A DNA stretch of 64,000 nucleotides from an uncultured delta proteobacterium (GTDB lineage: Bacteria > Desulfobacterota > Desulfuromonadia > Desulfuromonadales > BM103), in assembly GCA_963715335.1 (NCBI GenBank), contig CAVQRZ010000025.1, forward strand, positions 132,936 to 196,935, read 5' to 3'. The position numbers and the translations under genes are program-made. The notes under the pieces were generated by a model. That model was not told the origin of the DNA. It searched no databases and saw nothing but the letters and a program-made list of their open reading frames with translations. Every line of letters starts with the position of its first letter. The first letter of the stretch is position 1. Positions 29,469 through 39,196 of the stretch are shown here, piece by piece.

Positions 29469-29737
29469 AAGAGTGTGTCAGCTGCACGCTTTTGACACAC
29501 TTCAAAGCAGCATCATTGCCCCTGCTTACAATTGGCTTCGCATTTGTGCAAAATTCCTAAAACCCTCGTCCCTGACACACTGCCTATAAATTTTTTTAGA
29601 AGTTATGCCAGCAAGAATTTCCTGAATTACCTTAGACTTATAAGACCAATCATTTATCAACACAGAACGCAAACAGAACCCAAAATAAAAGAGGCGACCT
29701 TGTCAGGCCGCCCCTTTAAAATTTTTCGCCAGCCAAT

Positions 29738-29929
29738 TTAGCTGGCTTTTTGCACTGCCCCTGAACGGATGCAACGCGTGCACACTTTCACGCTGCGCAC
29801 GGAGCCGTTCTTGACGGCACGCACCTTCTGCAGGTTTGGCTTAAAAACCTTCTTGGTTTTATTGTGTGCATGGCTGACATTACAGCCGGTCATGCGTTTT
29901 TTTCCGCAAACATCACATACGTTAGCCAT
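29738..29929 (-). CDS. rpmB: 50S ribosomal protein L28 (Zn-ribbon form)
   Basis: [23 protein letters not shown]...[17 protein letters not shown]. Confidence 0.97.
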   Translation of the reverse strand: MANVCDVCGKKRMTGCNVSHAHNKTKKVFKPNLQKVRAVKNGSVRSVKVCTRCIRSGAVQKAS

Positions 29930-29997
29930 TTCTTACTCCTCCTAAACGTTCTGAACGGAACCTTCTAACATGGATGAAATAGCTTTGCAAGCATTTC

Positions 29998-31251
29998 TTA
30001 CTCTTTTCCGGGCTTTGTCCTGCTCCCAAGGTTTGCAAAGAGCGTCCATGCCAGCAGTGCTGCACCGGCACCGTCCATCTCCGGGAGCAGGATGGTGTTG
30101 TCCGCCCAGTACAGGTTCCTGCCGGCCCGCAACGGCAGTCCGGCTAGCAGCATGGTTTCTTGACGCTGCGCTTGCGGCATTGGCCCCTGTTCGCGGCCTA
30201 ATGCGTCGAGCCGGTACTTGGCAAAGGGGAGGACCGGTCCGAGTTGTGTTCTGATCTCGTCAACCGTTGCATCCACGGTGCTGTGGACCAGTCCATGCAG
30301 CTGTTCGTCAGTCTGTTCAATCGCCATCCGCAATGGCAGGCGGCCTCCGCAGATCACCCGCGTTCCCAGCAACCTGGATAATTGCCCGGCAAGATTGTCG
30401 GTTTGCCATGCGGCACGGACAGGGGGAGAGGGAATCTGCACCGGCTCGCCGGCCGCGAACAATCCAGCCAGTCGCCGGTCGCCGATGAGGAAGTTGTCGG
30501 CGCTGAACCGGCCGCCCGATGCGAGCTGCCCGCCTGTCCATCGCGAGCCGTCGAATTCGAAGGGCCTCAAATCCTCCAACTGGGCTCTTGCCCCGTGAAA
30601 CTGGTCGAAACGTTTCTCCAGCGTCTGGCTGAACTCGGCTCCTCTGACGTTCTCAGGTCTCTGGGCCTGCGCCCACAAGATCGCGGCACGGGCTGTGGAC
30701 AGGTTGTCGACCGGGGTCAACGCTAGCCCCTGCAACAGATCGGTCAGGAATGCTCTCGACGGGTCCGCGAAGCCTGAGAGCTGATCCGCGATCGGTCGTT
30801 CCAGCACAGACTGATTCACTCTGTGGCGCACGCAGAGCAGTTTAAAACGCGCCTTTGCCTTGAACGATGGCCAGGGTAGGCCGCCGTTCTCCCAGAACAG
30901 CTCTTCCAGTCGCTGCCCCTGCTCCTGGAGCCCGGCCAGCCAGCCACTGATGGCGGGTCCGGAGGCCCCGAACTCACGCTGCAACTCTTTGTCGAGGGAG
31001 ATATCGTTGCTGACAGTCAACCGTGATTTCTCGGAAACGATTTGGATCGGTCGCTGGGCCATAAAGCAGGAGCGGCCGCCCAGTACGCCGAGGATTTTTT
31101 CCAGGAAAAGAGAAGAATGAAACCAGGTCGGGGACTTCATCCCGGTTTCGCTCAGAAACAGGACCCTGCTACCCTGTTTGACCAACAGGGCGGCGGCGAT
31201 CTGCGCCGCCAGGGAGCTGCCGACGATAGCGATATCGTAATGTGTGCTCAT
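29998..31251 (-). CDS. Hypothetical protein with a degenerate N-terminal FAD/NAD-binding motif
   Basis: YDIAIVGSSLAAQIAAALL..G..V beta-alpha-beta-like start; 417-aa ORF in the purM-purN operon orientation. Confidence 0.6.
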   Translation of the reverse strand: MSTHYDIAIVGSSLAAQIAAALLVKQGSRVLFLSETGMKSPTWFHSSLFLEKILGVLGGRSCFMAQRPIQIVSEKSRLTVSNDISLDKELQREFGASGPAISGWLAGLQEQGQRLEELFWENGGLPWPSFKAKARFKLLCVRHRVNQSVLERPIADQLSGFADPSRAFLTDLLQGLALTPVDNLSTARAAILWAQAQRPENVRGAEFSQTLEKRFDQFHGARAQLEDLRPFEFDGSRWTGGQLASGGRFSADNFLIGDRRLAGLFAAGEPVQIPSPPVRAAWQTDNLAGQLSRLLGTRVICGGRLPLRMAIEQTDEQLHGLVHSTVDATVDEIRTQLGPVLPFAKYRLDALGREQGPMPQAQRQETMLLAGLPLRAGRNLYWADNTILLPEMDGAGAALLAWTLFANLGSRTKPGKE

Positions 31252-31287
31252 GGTTGTTGGCCTTGCGGAACCAGGTGTCCAGGATGA

Positions 31288-31322
31288 AGAATTCAGTATT
31301 CAGAATCTAGAATACAGAATTT
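31288..31322 (-). repeat. Five-unit heptamer tandem repeat (AGAATWC type), solo arm
   Basis: Plus strand agaattc agtattc agaatct agaatac agaattt, between two minus-strand genes. Confidence 0.75.
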
Positions 31323-31331
31323 AGCAGGATT

Positions 31332-31808
31332 TTAAATGTCCTGTTCAGAGAAGACCTCAATGCCTTCTTTGATTAAAAGGGCAGTAGTGATCCCGGAGCC
31401 TGAGACTTTACTCGCGCCCCGGTAAATCTCATGTACGCCGCACGATGGGCTACGCTCCTTGAGGAGCGCACGACGACAATTGCACAAACGGGCCACCTGA
31501 AGAGTAACCCTTGCGCCGCGACAAAACACATCATTCATCGGCTGCCCCGTTGCCGAGACTACCTGGCCGTCACCGTTTAGCACAGTGTGTCCGTCTCCGG
31601 ATTGAAAAAAAGTTTTTTGCCGTGGGGTAGTCATGCCGGCAAGCTGTTCCGGGCAGACCGGGATAGGCAGCAGGTTTTCTCTCTGCAGGAAATCCATAAC
31701 CTTTTGGGAACGTTTGGCTTTGCCATCATAACGCGTCGGCAGGCCGAGCAGGCAGGCGCTGACCAGGATCGGCTTGTTGTTGACGTCATCAAGCGCTCCA
31801 TTTTTCAT
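31332..31808 (-). CDS. DUF523 / 2-thiouracil desulfurase (TudS)-like Fe-S protein
   Basis: ILVSACLLG..RYDG, VCPEQ.AG..TPR, LKERSPSCG. Confidence 0.88.
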   Translation of the reverse strand: MKNGALDDVNNKPILVSACLLGLPTRYDGKAKRSQKVMDFLQRENLLPIPVCPEQLAGMTTPRQKTFFQSGDGHTVLNGDGQVVSATGQPMNDVFCRGARVTLQVARLCNCRRALLKERSPSCGVHEIYRGASKVSGSGITTALLIKEGIEVFSEQDI

Positions 31809-31811
31809 GAA

Positions 31812-32474
31812 TCAATCCTCCAGGGCCGGGTTGACAAGCGTTGCAGGATCGGGCGGGCAGGCGGGGTCTATGGTGATTTGTCGGCCGTTGACGTGTACCC
31901 GTTTTTCAGCGATCAGCTGAATTGCCCGTGGGTAGATCCTGTGTTCCTGTTCGAGGATCCGGGCGGCCAGCGTCTCAGCCGTGTCATCCTGAAGAATCGG
32001 CACGACAGCCTGGATGAGGATCGGGCCGGTATCAACACCGCCATCGACGAAGTGAACGGTGCATCCGGAGAATCGGGCACCGTAATCGATGGCCTGCTGC
32101 TGAACCTGCAGTCCGGGAAAGGATGGCAACAGGGCAGGGTGGATATTGATGATACGGCAGGGAAATGCGTCGATAAATGTCTGGGTAATGATGCGCATGA
32201 AACCGGCCAAAACGACAAGTTCCACACCGGCTCCCTGCAGGGCCCTGACGACAGCGGTATCGAAGTCCTCGCGCCTGGTAAATCCACGATGGTTGATGCA
32301 TTGGGTGGCAATCCCGGCCTGAGCAGCGCGGTTGAGAGCCCCGGCCTCCGGGTTATTGCTTATGACAACGGCAATGACGGCATCGATGCTGCCATCCTGG
32401 CAGCAGTCGATGATCGACTGCAGATTAGTCCCGCCACCCGAGGCGAGCACCCCTATGCGCAACAGTTTTGACAT
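31812..32474 (-). CDS. purN: Phosphoribosylglycinamide formyltransferase
   Basis: ASGGGTNLQ, LAGFMR, NIHPALLP.F.G, GCTVHFV...DTGPI. Confidence 0.97.
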   Translation of the reverse strand: MSKLLRIGVLASGGGTNLQSIIDCCQDGSIDAVIAVVISNNPEAGALNRAAQAGIATQCINHRGFTRREDFDTAVVRALQGAGVELVVLAGFMRIITQTFIDAFPCRIINIHPALLPSFPGLQVQQQAIDYGARFSGCTVHFVDGGVDTGPILIQAVVPILQDDTAETLAARILEQEHRIYPRAIQLIAEKRVHVNGRQITIDPACPPDPATLVNPALED

Positions 32475-32516
32475 GGAATTTCCTCAGGATTATCCAAAAG
32501 GTTCTTACGGTTTGTT

Positions 32517-33566
32517 TTATACCAATTCAACCTGCGTCGCACCGTCTTCGCACGCCGCAATCTCACCGATCACATAAGCTTGCTCATGCAGGCCTTGCAA
32601 GCGCGAGATGATGTCCTCGGTATCTTCCTTGCGTACAACCAAAACCATGCCGATGCCATAGTTAAAAGTGCGGTACAATTCCTTCTCTTCGAGGTTGCCG
32701 GCCTCACGCAATAGCTCGAAAAGGGGCAACTTCGGCCAGGAACCCTTGTGGATGACTGCCTTGCAGTGACGCGGCAAAACCCTCGGCACATTCTCCAACA
32801 AGCCGCCGCCGGTGATGTGAGCCATCCCCTGGATTGTAAAGCTGCGCAGCAGATTGAGAATTGACTTGACGTAAATCCTGGTCGGCCGGAGCATTGCGTC
32901 GCCGAGCGACTCGCCAAGTTCCGGCAGGACGGCGTCAAGCCCCCCCTCCAGTCGCTCGCTGGCAATCCTGCGTGCCAGGGAATAGCCGTTCGAGTGCAGA
33001 CCGTTCGAAGCGATCCCGATCAGCACTTCGCCGACCTGGATGGTTGAACCGTCGATGATGGCATCGCGGTCAACTACGCCGACCGTAAATCCGGCAAGGT
33101 CATATTCTCCGTCACTGTAGAAGCCTGGCAGCTCTGCGGTCTCACCACCGATCAGAGCGCAGCCAGCCTGGCGGCAACCCTCGGCGATTCCTTCGATGAC
33201 TTTGGCCGCTTTTTCCGGAGCGAGCATGCCGGTTGCCAGGTAGTCGAGAAAAAAGAGTGGCTCGGCACCCTGGACGATGATGTCGTTGACACACATGGCA
33301 ACCAGGTCGATGCCTACCGTATTGTGGCGGTCAAGCTCGAATGCGAGTTTCAGCTTGGTGCCGACTCCATCCGTGGATGAGACCAGTACCGGTGACTTGT
33401 ATTTGTCCTTGTTCAGTGAGAACAGGCCGCCGAAACCACCGATATCGGTGAGAACCTCCGGACGGCTGGTTGACTTGACCAGAGGTTTGATCATATCGAC
33501 GAAACGGTTGCCGGCTTCGATATCGACGCCGGCGCCTTTATAGGTCATGCTGGAACGATCAGACAA
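32517..33566 (-). CDS. purM: Phosphoribosylformylglycinamidine cyclo-ligase
   Basis: TYKGAGVDI, GGFGGLF, TDGVGTK, GGETAE, HSNGYSL, TFNYGIG. Confidence 0.98.
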   Translation of the reverse strand: MSDRSSMTYKGAGVDIEAGNRFVDMIKPLVKSTSRPEVLTDIGGFGGLFSLNKDKYKSPVLVSSTDGVGTKLKLAFELDRHNTVGIDLVAMCVNDIIVQGAEPLFFLDYLATGMLAPEKAAKVIEGIAEGCRQAGCALIGGETAELPGFYSDGEYDLAGFTVGVVDRDAIIDGSTIQVGEVLIGIASNGLHSNGYSLARRIASERLEGGLDAVLPELGESLGDAMLRPTRIYVKSILNLLRSFTIQGMAHITGGGLLENVPRVLPRHCKAVIHKGSWPKLPLFELLREAGNLEEKELYRTFNYGIGMVLVVRKEDTEDIISRLQGLHEQAYVIGEIAACEDGATQVELV

Positions 33567-33723
33567 GAGGGATCTCCTTGTATGTAAAAGGTCGCGCTAT
33601 TAAATAAATCACCCCCCTGCGGGTTGTCAATCGCAAAGCATTAAATGAGCGGTAATCTGCGCCTGGCAGTCAACCGTGACCGGATTGATTCAGCCCTTTA
33701 CAGGTTGGGGCCGGTATCCTATT

Positions 33724-34254
33724 ATGAACCACCTTTTTGACGTTCAAGACGATGTGGAAAGCGTGCCCTTGCTTCACAACGATCAACTCATTGTTCTGCC
33801 ACGTGATGACAGGATCGCGCCGATGACCCGGGCTGACCTGCCTGCTGTCTGCCGGCTTGAATGTGCCAGTCAGCGCGATTCATGGAGTCCGCAGCACTTT
33901 GTTGACGAATTTGCCAATCCGGCGGCGAAGATCGATCTGTACTGGCGCCGGGAGGTCCTCGCCGGCTTCCTCTGCTCGTGGCTGATCGCCGGGGAATTAC
34001 AGATCCAGAACCTAGCAACTCTGCCGAGCATGCGTCGTCAGGGCATTGCCGCCCGGTTGCTTGAATACGTTATCGAACGCAGCCGCAGATCTGGCCTGAA
34101 CTCGGTCTGCCTCGAAGTGCGCACCGGCAATGCGCCGGCGATTGGGCTCTATCAGCGATTCGGCTTCGTTGCGGCAGGTAGGCGACCCGCTTACTACCCG
34201 GATGGTGAAGACGCACTGTTGATGACATACCAGGTGGATGCTGGGTTCGCATAA
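33724..34254 (+). CDS. rimI: RimI-like GNAT N-acetyltransferase
   Basis: RRQGIA, LEVRTGNAPAIGLYQRFGF, RRPAYYPDGEDALLM; start uncertain. Confidence 0.85.
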   Translation: MNHLFDVQDDVESVPLLHNDQLIVLPRDDRIAPMTRADLPAVCRLECASQRDSWSPQHFVDEFANPAAKIDLYWRREVLAGFLCSWLIAGELQIQNLATLPSMRRQGIAARLLEYVIERSRRSGLNSVCLEVRTGNAPAIGLYQRFGFVAAGRRPAYYPDGEDALLMTYQVDAGFA

Positions 34255-34285
34255 GACAGTGTCCCGATCAGGAGAAATCTTTCGA

Positions 34286-35140
34286 ATGAAGAACTACAGG
34301 ACCAAGATTATTTCCAACCAGGAGATTTCGCCCGGATGTTACCGGATGCGGATCCTGGCGCCAGGCTTCAGCGAAACGGCCCATCCCGGGCAGTTTGTCA
34401 TGTTCCGTGTGCAGCGCTCGCTGCCGCCACTGTTGCGGCGGCCGTTCGGCATTTTTCGTACCGGTTTTCTGCCGGCGGATTGCGATGGCCTGCCGCCCAA
34501 GGAGTATGTCGAGATCGTCTACAAGGTCGTAGGCTGGGGCACGACGATCATGGCGGAGCTGCATGAAGGGGACAAGGTGGAGCTGCTCGGCCCGCTCGGC
34601 AACGGTTTCGATGTCCCATCATGTGACGGGGAACGGATTCTGGTCGGAGGGGGGATCGGCCTGGTTCCCCTCTACATGCTGGCTGGCGAACTGGTTGAAA
34701 AAGGCTGCAGTGTCCGGCTGTTGATGGGTGGCCGTACGCGCGACGATATCTTTGCGGTGACCGAATTCGAACGACTCGGTGTCGAGACCTATGTTTCCAC
34801 TGATGACGGCAGCCTCGGCGAAGAGGGGCTGGTGACCCAGGTCCTGGAGCGCAAGCTGCAACAATTCCCCAAAGCTGAAGTGTTTGCCTGCGGACCAATG
34901 CCGATGCTCTGCGCCGTGCGTAACATCTGCGCAGCCAACAAGACGCCGTTGCAGGTCTCCCTGGAAGAGTCGATGGCCTGCGGCGTCGGTGCCTGCCTCG
35001 GCTGTGTGGTCAAGGGGGCCGGGCATACCGAGGAGCGGCCGAGCTATCTTTGCACCTGCAAGGTCGGGCCGGTTTTCAAAGCCCAATATCTCGATTGGAA
35101 TGCTCTGGCACAGAGTCATGGCTGCGGGGGGTGTGAGTGA
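34286..35140 (+). CDS. pyrK: Dihydroorotate dehydrogenase B electron transfer subunit
   Basis: PGQF, LRRP, GPLGNGF, GGGIG, CGP.PM, MACGVGACLGC. Confidence 0.93.
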   Translation: MKNYRTKIISNQEISPGCYRMRILAPGFSETAHPGQFVMFRVQRSLPPLLRRPFGIFRTGFLPADCDGLPPKEYVEIVYKVVGWGTTIMAELHEGDKVELLGPLGNGFDVPSCDGERILVGGGIGLVPLYMLAGELVEKGCSVRLLMGGRTRDDIFAVTEFERLGVETYVSTDDGSLGEEGLVTQVLERKLQQFPKAEVFACGPMPMLCAVRNICAANKTPLQVSLEESMACGVGACLGCVVKGAGHTEERPSYLCTCKVGPVFKAQYLDWNALAQSHGCGGCE

Positions 35141-36081
35141 TGGGTAAGCTGATCAAGACAACAGTCAAAAAACCCAACATGGCGGTCGAGATTGCCGGCA
35201 TCAAACTGCGCAACCCGGTCATGCCCGCTTCAGGGACCTTCGGCTACGGCGAAGAGTACGCACCTTTCCTCGACCTGGAAAAGATTGGCGCAATCGTCAC
35301 CAAGGGTTTGTCATTGAAGCCGAAGGCCGGAAATCCGACTCCGCGAATCGCCGAGACAGTCAGTGGCATGCTGAACGCCATCGGCCTGCAGAATGTCGGC
35401 ATCGAGGCGTTTATCCAGTACAAAATGCCTTTCCTGCGCACTGTCAACACTCCGGTCATTGTCAACTTTTTCGGCAACACCCTGGAAGAGTATGGCGAAG
35501 TCGCAAAACGCCTGAACGACATCCCTGAGATTGCGGCTGGAGAGCTTAATATCTCCTGTCCGAACGTCAAACAGGGCGGGATTGTTTTCGGCACAGACCC
35601 CAAGGCTGCCAGCGAAGTCGTTGCGCTGGTGCGCAAGAACCTGCAAAAGCCGTTGATCGTCAAATTGACACCAAACGTGACCGATATCACGGTCGTGGCA
35701 AGGGCGGTGGAAGAGGCCGGCGCCGATGCGATTGCCTGCATCAACACCATCACCGGTATGTCAGTGGATGTCCGCACCCGCAAGCCGAGAATAGCCAACC
35801 GCACCGGCGGTCTTTCCGGCCCGGCGATCCGTCCGATAGCCGTGCGCATGGTGCACCAGGTCGTGCAGACCGTCTCGGTGCCGGTCATCGGCATCGGTGG
35901 CATCTCACGTCCGATGGATGCCCTTGAATTCCTGATTGTCGGTGCCAGGGCGGTACAGGTCGGCACGGCCAATTTTGTCGACCCCTCAGTCATGCAGACG
36001 ATTATCGACGGGATCGAGGAGTTCTGTCTTGACGAGGGAATCGAGGATATCCACGAACTGATTGGTAGCCTCAAGCTCTGA
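35137..36081 (+). CDS. pyrD: Dihydroorotate dehydrogenase B catalytic subunit
   Basis: ASGTFG, GN.TPRI.ET, NISCPNV, KLTPN, GGLSGPAI.P. Confidence 0.96.
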   Translation: MMGKLIKTTVKKPNMAVEIAGIKLRNPVMPASGTFGYGEEYAPFLDLEKIGAIVTKGLSLKPKAGNPTPRIAETVSGMLNAIGLQNVGIEAFIQYKMPFLRTVNTPVIVNFFGNTLEEYGEVAKRLNDIPEIAAGELNISCPNVKQGGIVFGTDPKAASEVVALVRKNLQKPLIVKLTPNVTDITVVARAVEEAGADAIACINTITGMSVDVRTRKPRIANRTGGLSGPAIRPIAVRMVHQVVQTVSVPVIGIGGISRPMDALEFLIVGARAVQVGTANFVDPSVMQTIIDGIEEFCLDEGIEDIHELIGSLKL

Positions 36082-36217
36082 GTGGCGCGTGGCGCGTGGC
36101 GAGAGAAGGCATGATCAACGTTTTTTATGAAAATCAGTGCCAAAATTCTGAGATGGTAGACTGTACAGATAATCCACCAGTCTTGAATCATTAAGTTTTT
36201 TCGCGCCACGCGCCACG
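36081..36217 (+). repeat. Heptamer inverted-repeat element with about 100-nt AT-rich spacer at the pyrD-nucleotidyltransferase junction
   Basis: Left agtggcg cgtggcg cgtggcg starting at the pyrD TGA; right cgccacg cgccacg ending 8 nt before ATG. Confidence 0.88.
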
Positions 36218-36225
36218 GATTTCCA

Positions 36226-38916
36226 ATGGACGTCATCACGACCCATATCAACGCCGATTTTGATTGCCTCGGATCGATGATTGCTGCTAGGCGATTGTAC
36301 CCCGATGCCGTGATGGTCTTCCCCGGCGGCCAGGAACGCAGCCTCCGCGAATTCTTCCTCAACAGCGCCCAATATGCCTTCGGTTTCAAAAGAGTCCGCG
36401 ACATCGATCTTAATGCCGTGACCCGCCTGATCCTGGTCGATGTCCGCCAGGCTGCCCGGATTGGCCCCTTTGCCGATGTGGCCAAGCGCCCCGGTGTCGA
36501 TATCCACATCTACGATCATCACACGGTCAAGAAAGGCAGCCTGAAAGGCTCGCTCGAGGTTGTTGAGTCAGTCGGGTCGACTGTTACGATCATGGCCCAT
36601 CTCTTTATGCAGAAGCAGATCAAGGTCTCCGCCGATGAAGCGACGATGATGATGCTCGGCCTGTATGAAGACACCGGCAGTCTGACCTTTCACACGACCA
36701 CGGTCAGGGATTACCAGGCCGCCGCCTATCTTCTTGAGCACGGCGCCAACCTGAATATCGTCGCCGACCTGATCGTCCAGGAGCTGACTCCGGATCAGGT
36801 CCGACTGCTCAACGACCTGATCGCGAGCCGGACCATTCTCAATATCCATGGTATCAATGTCGCTATCGCTCATGCCACGGTCGATCATTTTGTCGGCGAT
36901 ATTGCAACTCTTGCGCACAAGCTCAAGGACATGGAAAACCTTGATGTCCTGTTCATAATTATTCGCATGGAAAGCCGGGTCTTCATCGTCGCCCGTTCAC
37001 GGCTGAAGGAAGTACACGTCGGAGACGTTATGAGCGAATTCGGTGGCGGTGGGCATGCTTCAGCGGCCTCCTGCGCAGTGCGTGACATGACCCTGGTCCA
37101 GGTTCTTGAGCGGTTACCGACCATCCTGCAGGAGCATGTCCAGCCACAGTGGGAGGCTTTGCACCTCATGTCGACGCCGGTCAAGTCGGTATCGGTCGAT
37201 CAGACTGTTGCCGACGCCCACCAGGTCCTGTCCCGTTTCAATATCAACACGGTACCGGTTGTCAACAAGCAGGAAGTGGTCGGCATTATCTCCCGCCAGC
37301 TGGTCGACAAGGCGGTGTATCACGGCCTGCAGAAACAGCAGGTCGGCGAGATTATGACCAGCGATTTCCATCATGTCGCACCCCAGACGACAGTGGCCGT
37401 TCTCAAGTCACTGATCGTCGAGAGCAACCAGCGATTCGTCCCGGTTGTCGAAGAGGGCAAGCTGGTCGGTGCCGTCACCCGCACCGACCTGTTGCGTCAT
37501 CTGGCCAGCAGCGTCGGTACGCCGCCGCGGTCCGGGGAACGCAGTCTGGTCAGCAGGGGCGGGCGCAGCTACAAATCGGGCCAGATCCAGCGTCTGATCC
37601 GCAATCGCCTGCCGGGTCGGATTCAGGAAATTCTCACCCAACTCGGCAAGATTGGTGACGAACTCGGTTTGGCTGTGTTCGTGGTCGGTGGCTTCGTGCG
37701 GGACATGCTGCTCAACAAGGAAAACTTCGATGTTGATATCGTCGTTGAAGGTGATGGAATCGCCTTTGCCGAGCGTTTTGCCCGTGATCACGAATGCCGG
37801 GTCCGCTGCCATCGCAAGTTCGGTACCGCAGTTCTCATCTATCCGGATGGTTTCAAGGTAGACATCGCTTCAGCGCGCATGGAGTATTACCTGAAGCCCG
37901 GCGCCCTGCCCGATATCGAGCATGCTTCGGTGAAGATGGATTTGAGCCGTCGGGATTTTACTGTCAACACGCTGGCGATCTGTCTCAATCAGAAGGCCTA
38001 TGGTGAGCTGCTCGATTACTACGGTGGTCAGCGTGATATCGACGACAAGGCGATCCGCGTGCTGCATAACCTCAGCTTTGTTGAAGACCCGACCCGGGTG
38101 TTTAGAGCTGTGCGCTTTGAGCAACGTCTTGGCTTCCATATCGGCAAACAGACGGAGCACCTCCTGAATAGCGCCGTGCGTCTCGGGCTGCTGGATAAAG
38201 TCAGCGGCAAACGGATTTTCGCCGAGCTTTACCTGATCATGAACGAGCACAGGCCGCTTCCGGCAATCACGCGCCTGGCAAACCTCAATGTCCTGAGCAC
38301 TCTGCATCCGGCCTTGTCGAAGAAGGTCGATTATGCCAGGTTCTTTGACGAAGCCAGGCGAGCCATAGACTGGTACGATCTGCTCTATACCGGGCAACCG
38401 TGTGAACGCTGGCTCTGCTATTTCCTTGTCTGCACTTCGGTTCTGGACCGGGCAGGGATCAGGAGCCTTTGCGACCGGCTGCAGATCATGCCGCGGTATC
38501 GTGACGTAATGATCGACCAGCGCAGGACGGCCCTCGGTGTCCTGAAGCAACTGGAGCGGCGCAACCCGGCCACCCGACCGCCTCGTAACAGCAGCCTGTA
38601 TCGCTGGTTCCAGCCACTGTCGACTGAAGTCATGCTGTTGATGATGGCCAGGGCATCGAATGAGACCGTGCGCCAGTGGATTTCGCGGTACATAACGCAT
38701 CTGCGGGCCGTCCAGCCGATCCTGACCGGCCGTGATCTGGAAAACCTCGACTTCCCTCCAGGGCCTCTGTTTCGGACTATTCTTGATGACCTGCTCTGTG
38801 CACGACTCGATGAACGCGTTGCGACGGTAGAGGAAGAGAGGGCGTACGTATTGCGGAAGTATGGCAAGGAGATTCAGGGGCGCGTGACGCGTGGTGCGCG
38901 GCGCGGGAAATCTTGA
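36226..38916 (+). CDS. tRNA nucleotidyltransferase with DHH-DHHA1-CBS N-terminus (probably the A-adding type)
   Basis: H.NADFD, YDHH, GGGH.SAAS, two CBS domains, VGG.VRD.LL, DVDIVV, RRDFTVN, EDPTR..RA.RFE. Confidence 0.9.
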   Translation: MDVITTHINADFDCLGSMIAARRLYPDAVMVFPGGQERSLREFFLNSAQYAFGFKRVRDIDLNAVTRLILVDVRQAARIGPFADVAKRPGVDIHIYDHHTVKKGSLKGSLEVVESVGSTVTIMAHLFMQKQIKVSADEATMMMLGLYEDTGSLTFHTTTVRDYQAAAYLLEHGANLNIVADLIVQELTPDQVRLLNDLIASRTILNIHGINVAIAHATVDHFVGDIATLAHKLKDMENLDVLFIIIRMESRVFIVARSRLKEVHVGDVMSEFGGGGHASAASCAVRDMTLVQVLERLPTILQEHVQPQWEALHLMSTPVKSVSVDQTVADAHQVLSRFNINTVPVVNKQEVVGIISRQLVDKAVYHGLQKQQVGEIMTSDFHHVAPQTTVAVLKSLIVESNQRFVPVVEEGKLVGAVTRTDLLRHLASSVGTPPRSGERSLVSRGGRSYKSGQIQRLIRNRLPGRIQEILTQLGKIGDELGLAVFVVGGFVRDMLLNKENFDVDIVVEGDGIAFAERFARDHECRVRCHRKFGTAVLIYPDGFKVDIASARMEYYLKPGALPDIEHASVKMDLSRRDFTVNTLAICLNQKAYGELLDYYGGQRDIDDKAIRVLHNLSFVEDPTRVFRAVRFEQRLGFHIGKQTEHLLNSAVRLGLLDKVSGKRIFAELYLIMNEHRPLPAITRLANLNVLSTLHPALSKKVDYARFFDEARRAIDWYDLLYTGQPCERWLCYFLVCTSVLDRAGIRSLCDRLQIMPRYRDVMIDQRRTALGVLKQLERRNPATRPPRNSSLYRWFQPLSTEVMLLMMARASNETVRQWISRYITHLRAVQPILTGRDLENLDFPPGPLFRTILDDLLCARLDERVATVEEERAYVLRKYGKEIQGRVTRGARRGKS
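38883..38906 (+). repeat. G-rich heptamer arm encoding the C-terminus of the nucleotidyltransferase
   Basis: cgtgacg cgtggtg cgcggcg cgg, translated RVTRGARRG. Confidence 0.65.
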
Positions 38917-38930
38917 AATCAAACTTTTTA

Positions 38931-39038
38931 TCACGCAGAGTCGCAGAGGAAATCAAAGAGACTTTCCAGAGTCAAAAAACATATTGTTTTACTCTTTGTC
39001 CTCTGCGTCTCGAGTGAGTATAACGAACGGGCGTGAAA
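38931..39038. repeat. CGCAGAG-family stem-loop element (copy 1)
   Basis: tcacgcagagtcgcagagga...tcctctgcgtctcgagtgagtataacgaacgggcgtgaaa. Confidence 0.8.
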
Positions 39039-39196
39039 AGTTCATATTATAGTTTCAGAATAAAAAATAGGCTAATTATATTACTCTTTAATTTCAGATA
39101 TTTATGAAGGCTGTCTGGTTTGTGGCCCATTGACTCCTGGCAGCGCATCTGCTAAAAATACCCATCCTTTTTATTGATCGGTAGACGCCACTCCCT

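Larger units (their letters stand above)
28006..29581. repeat. GTGTGTCAG motif array delimiting two TA cassettes
   Basis: Direct copies at 28008, 28662 and 29473; inverted copies at 29493-29501 and 29571-29581. Confidence 0.65.

Noticed and set aside
35244..36509. 421-aa minus-strand ORF
   Set aside because: Antisense shadow of pyrD and the nucleotidyltransferase in GC-rich DNA; no recognisable motifs
37870..38934. 354-aa minus-strand ORF
   Set aside because: Antisense shadow of the nucleotidyltransferase
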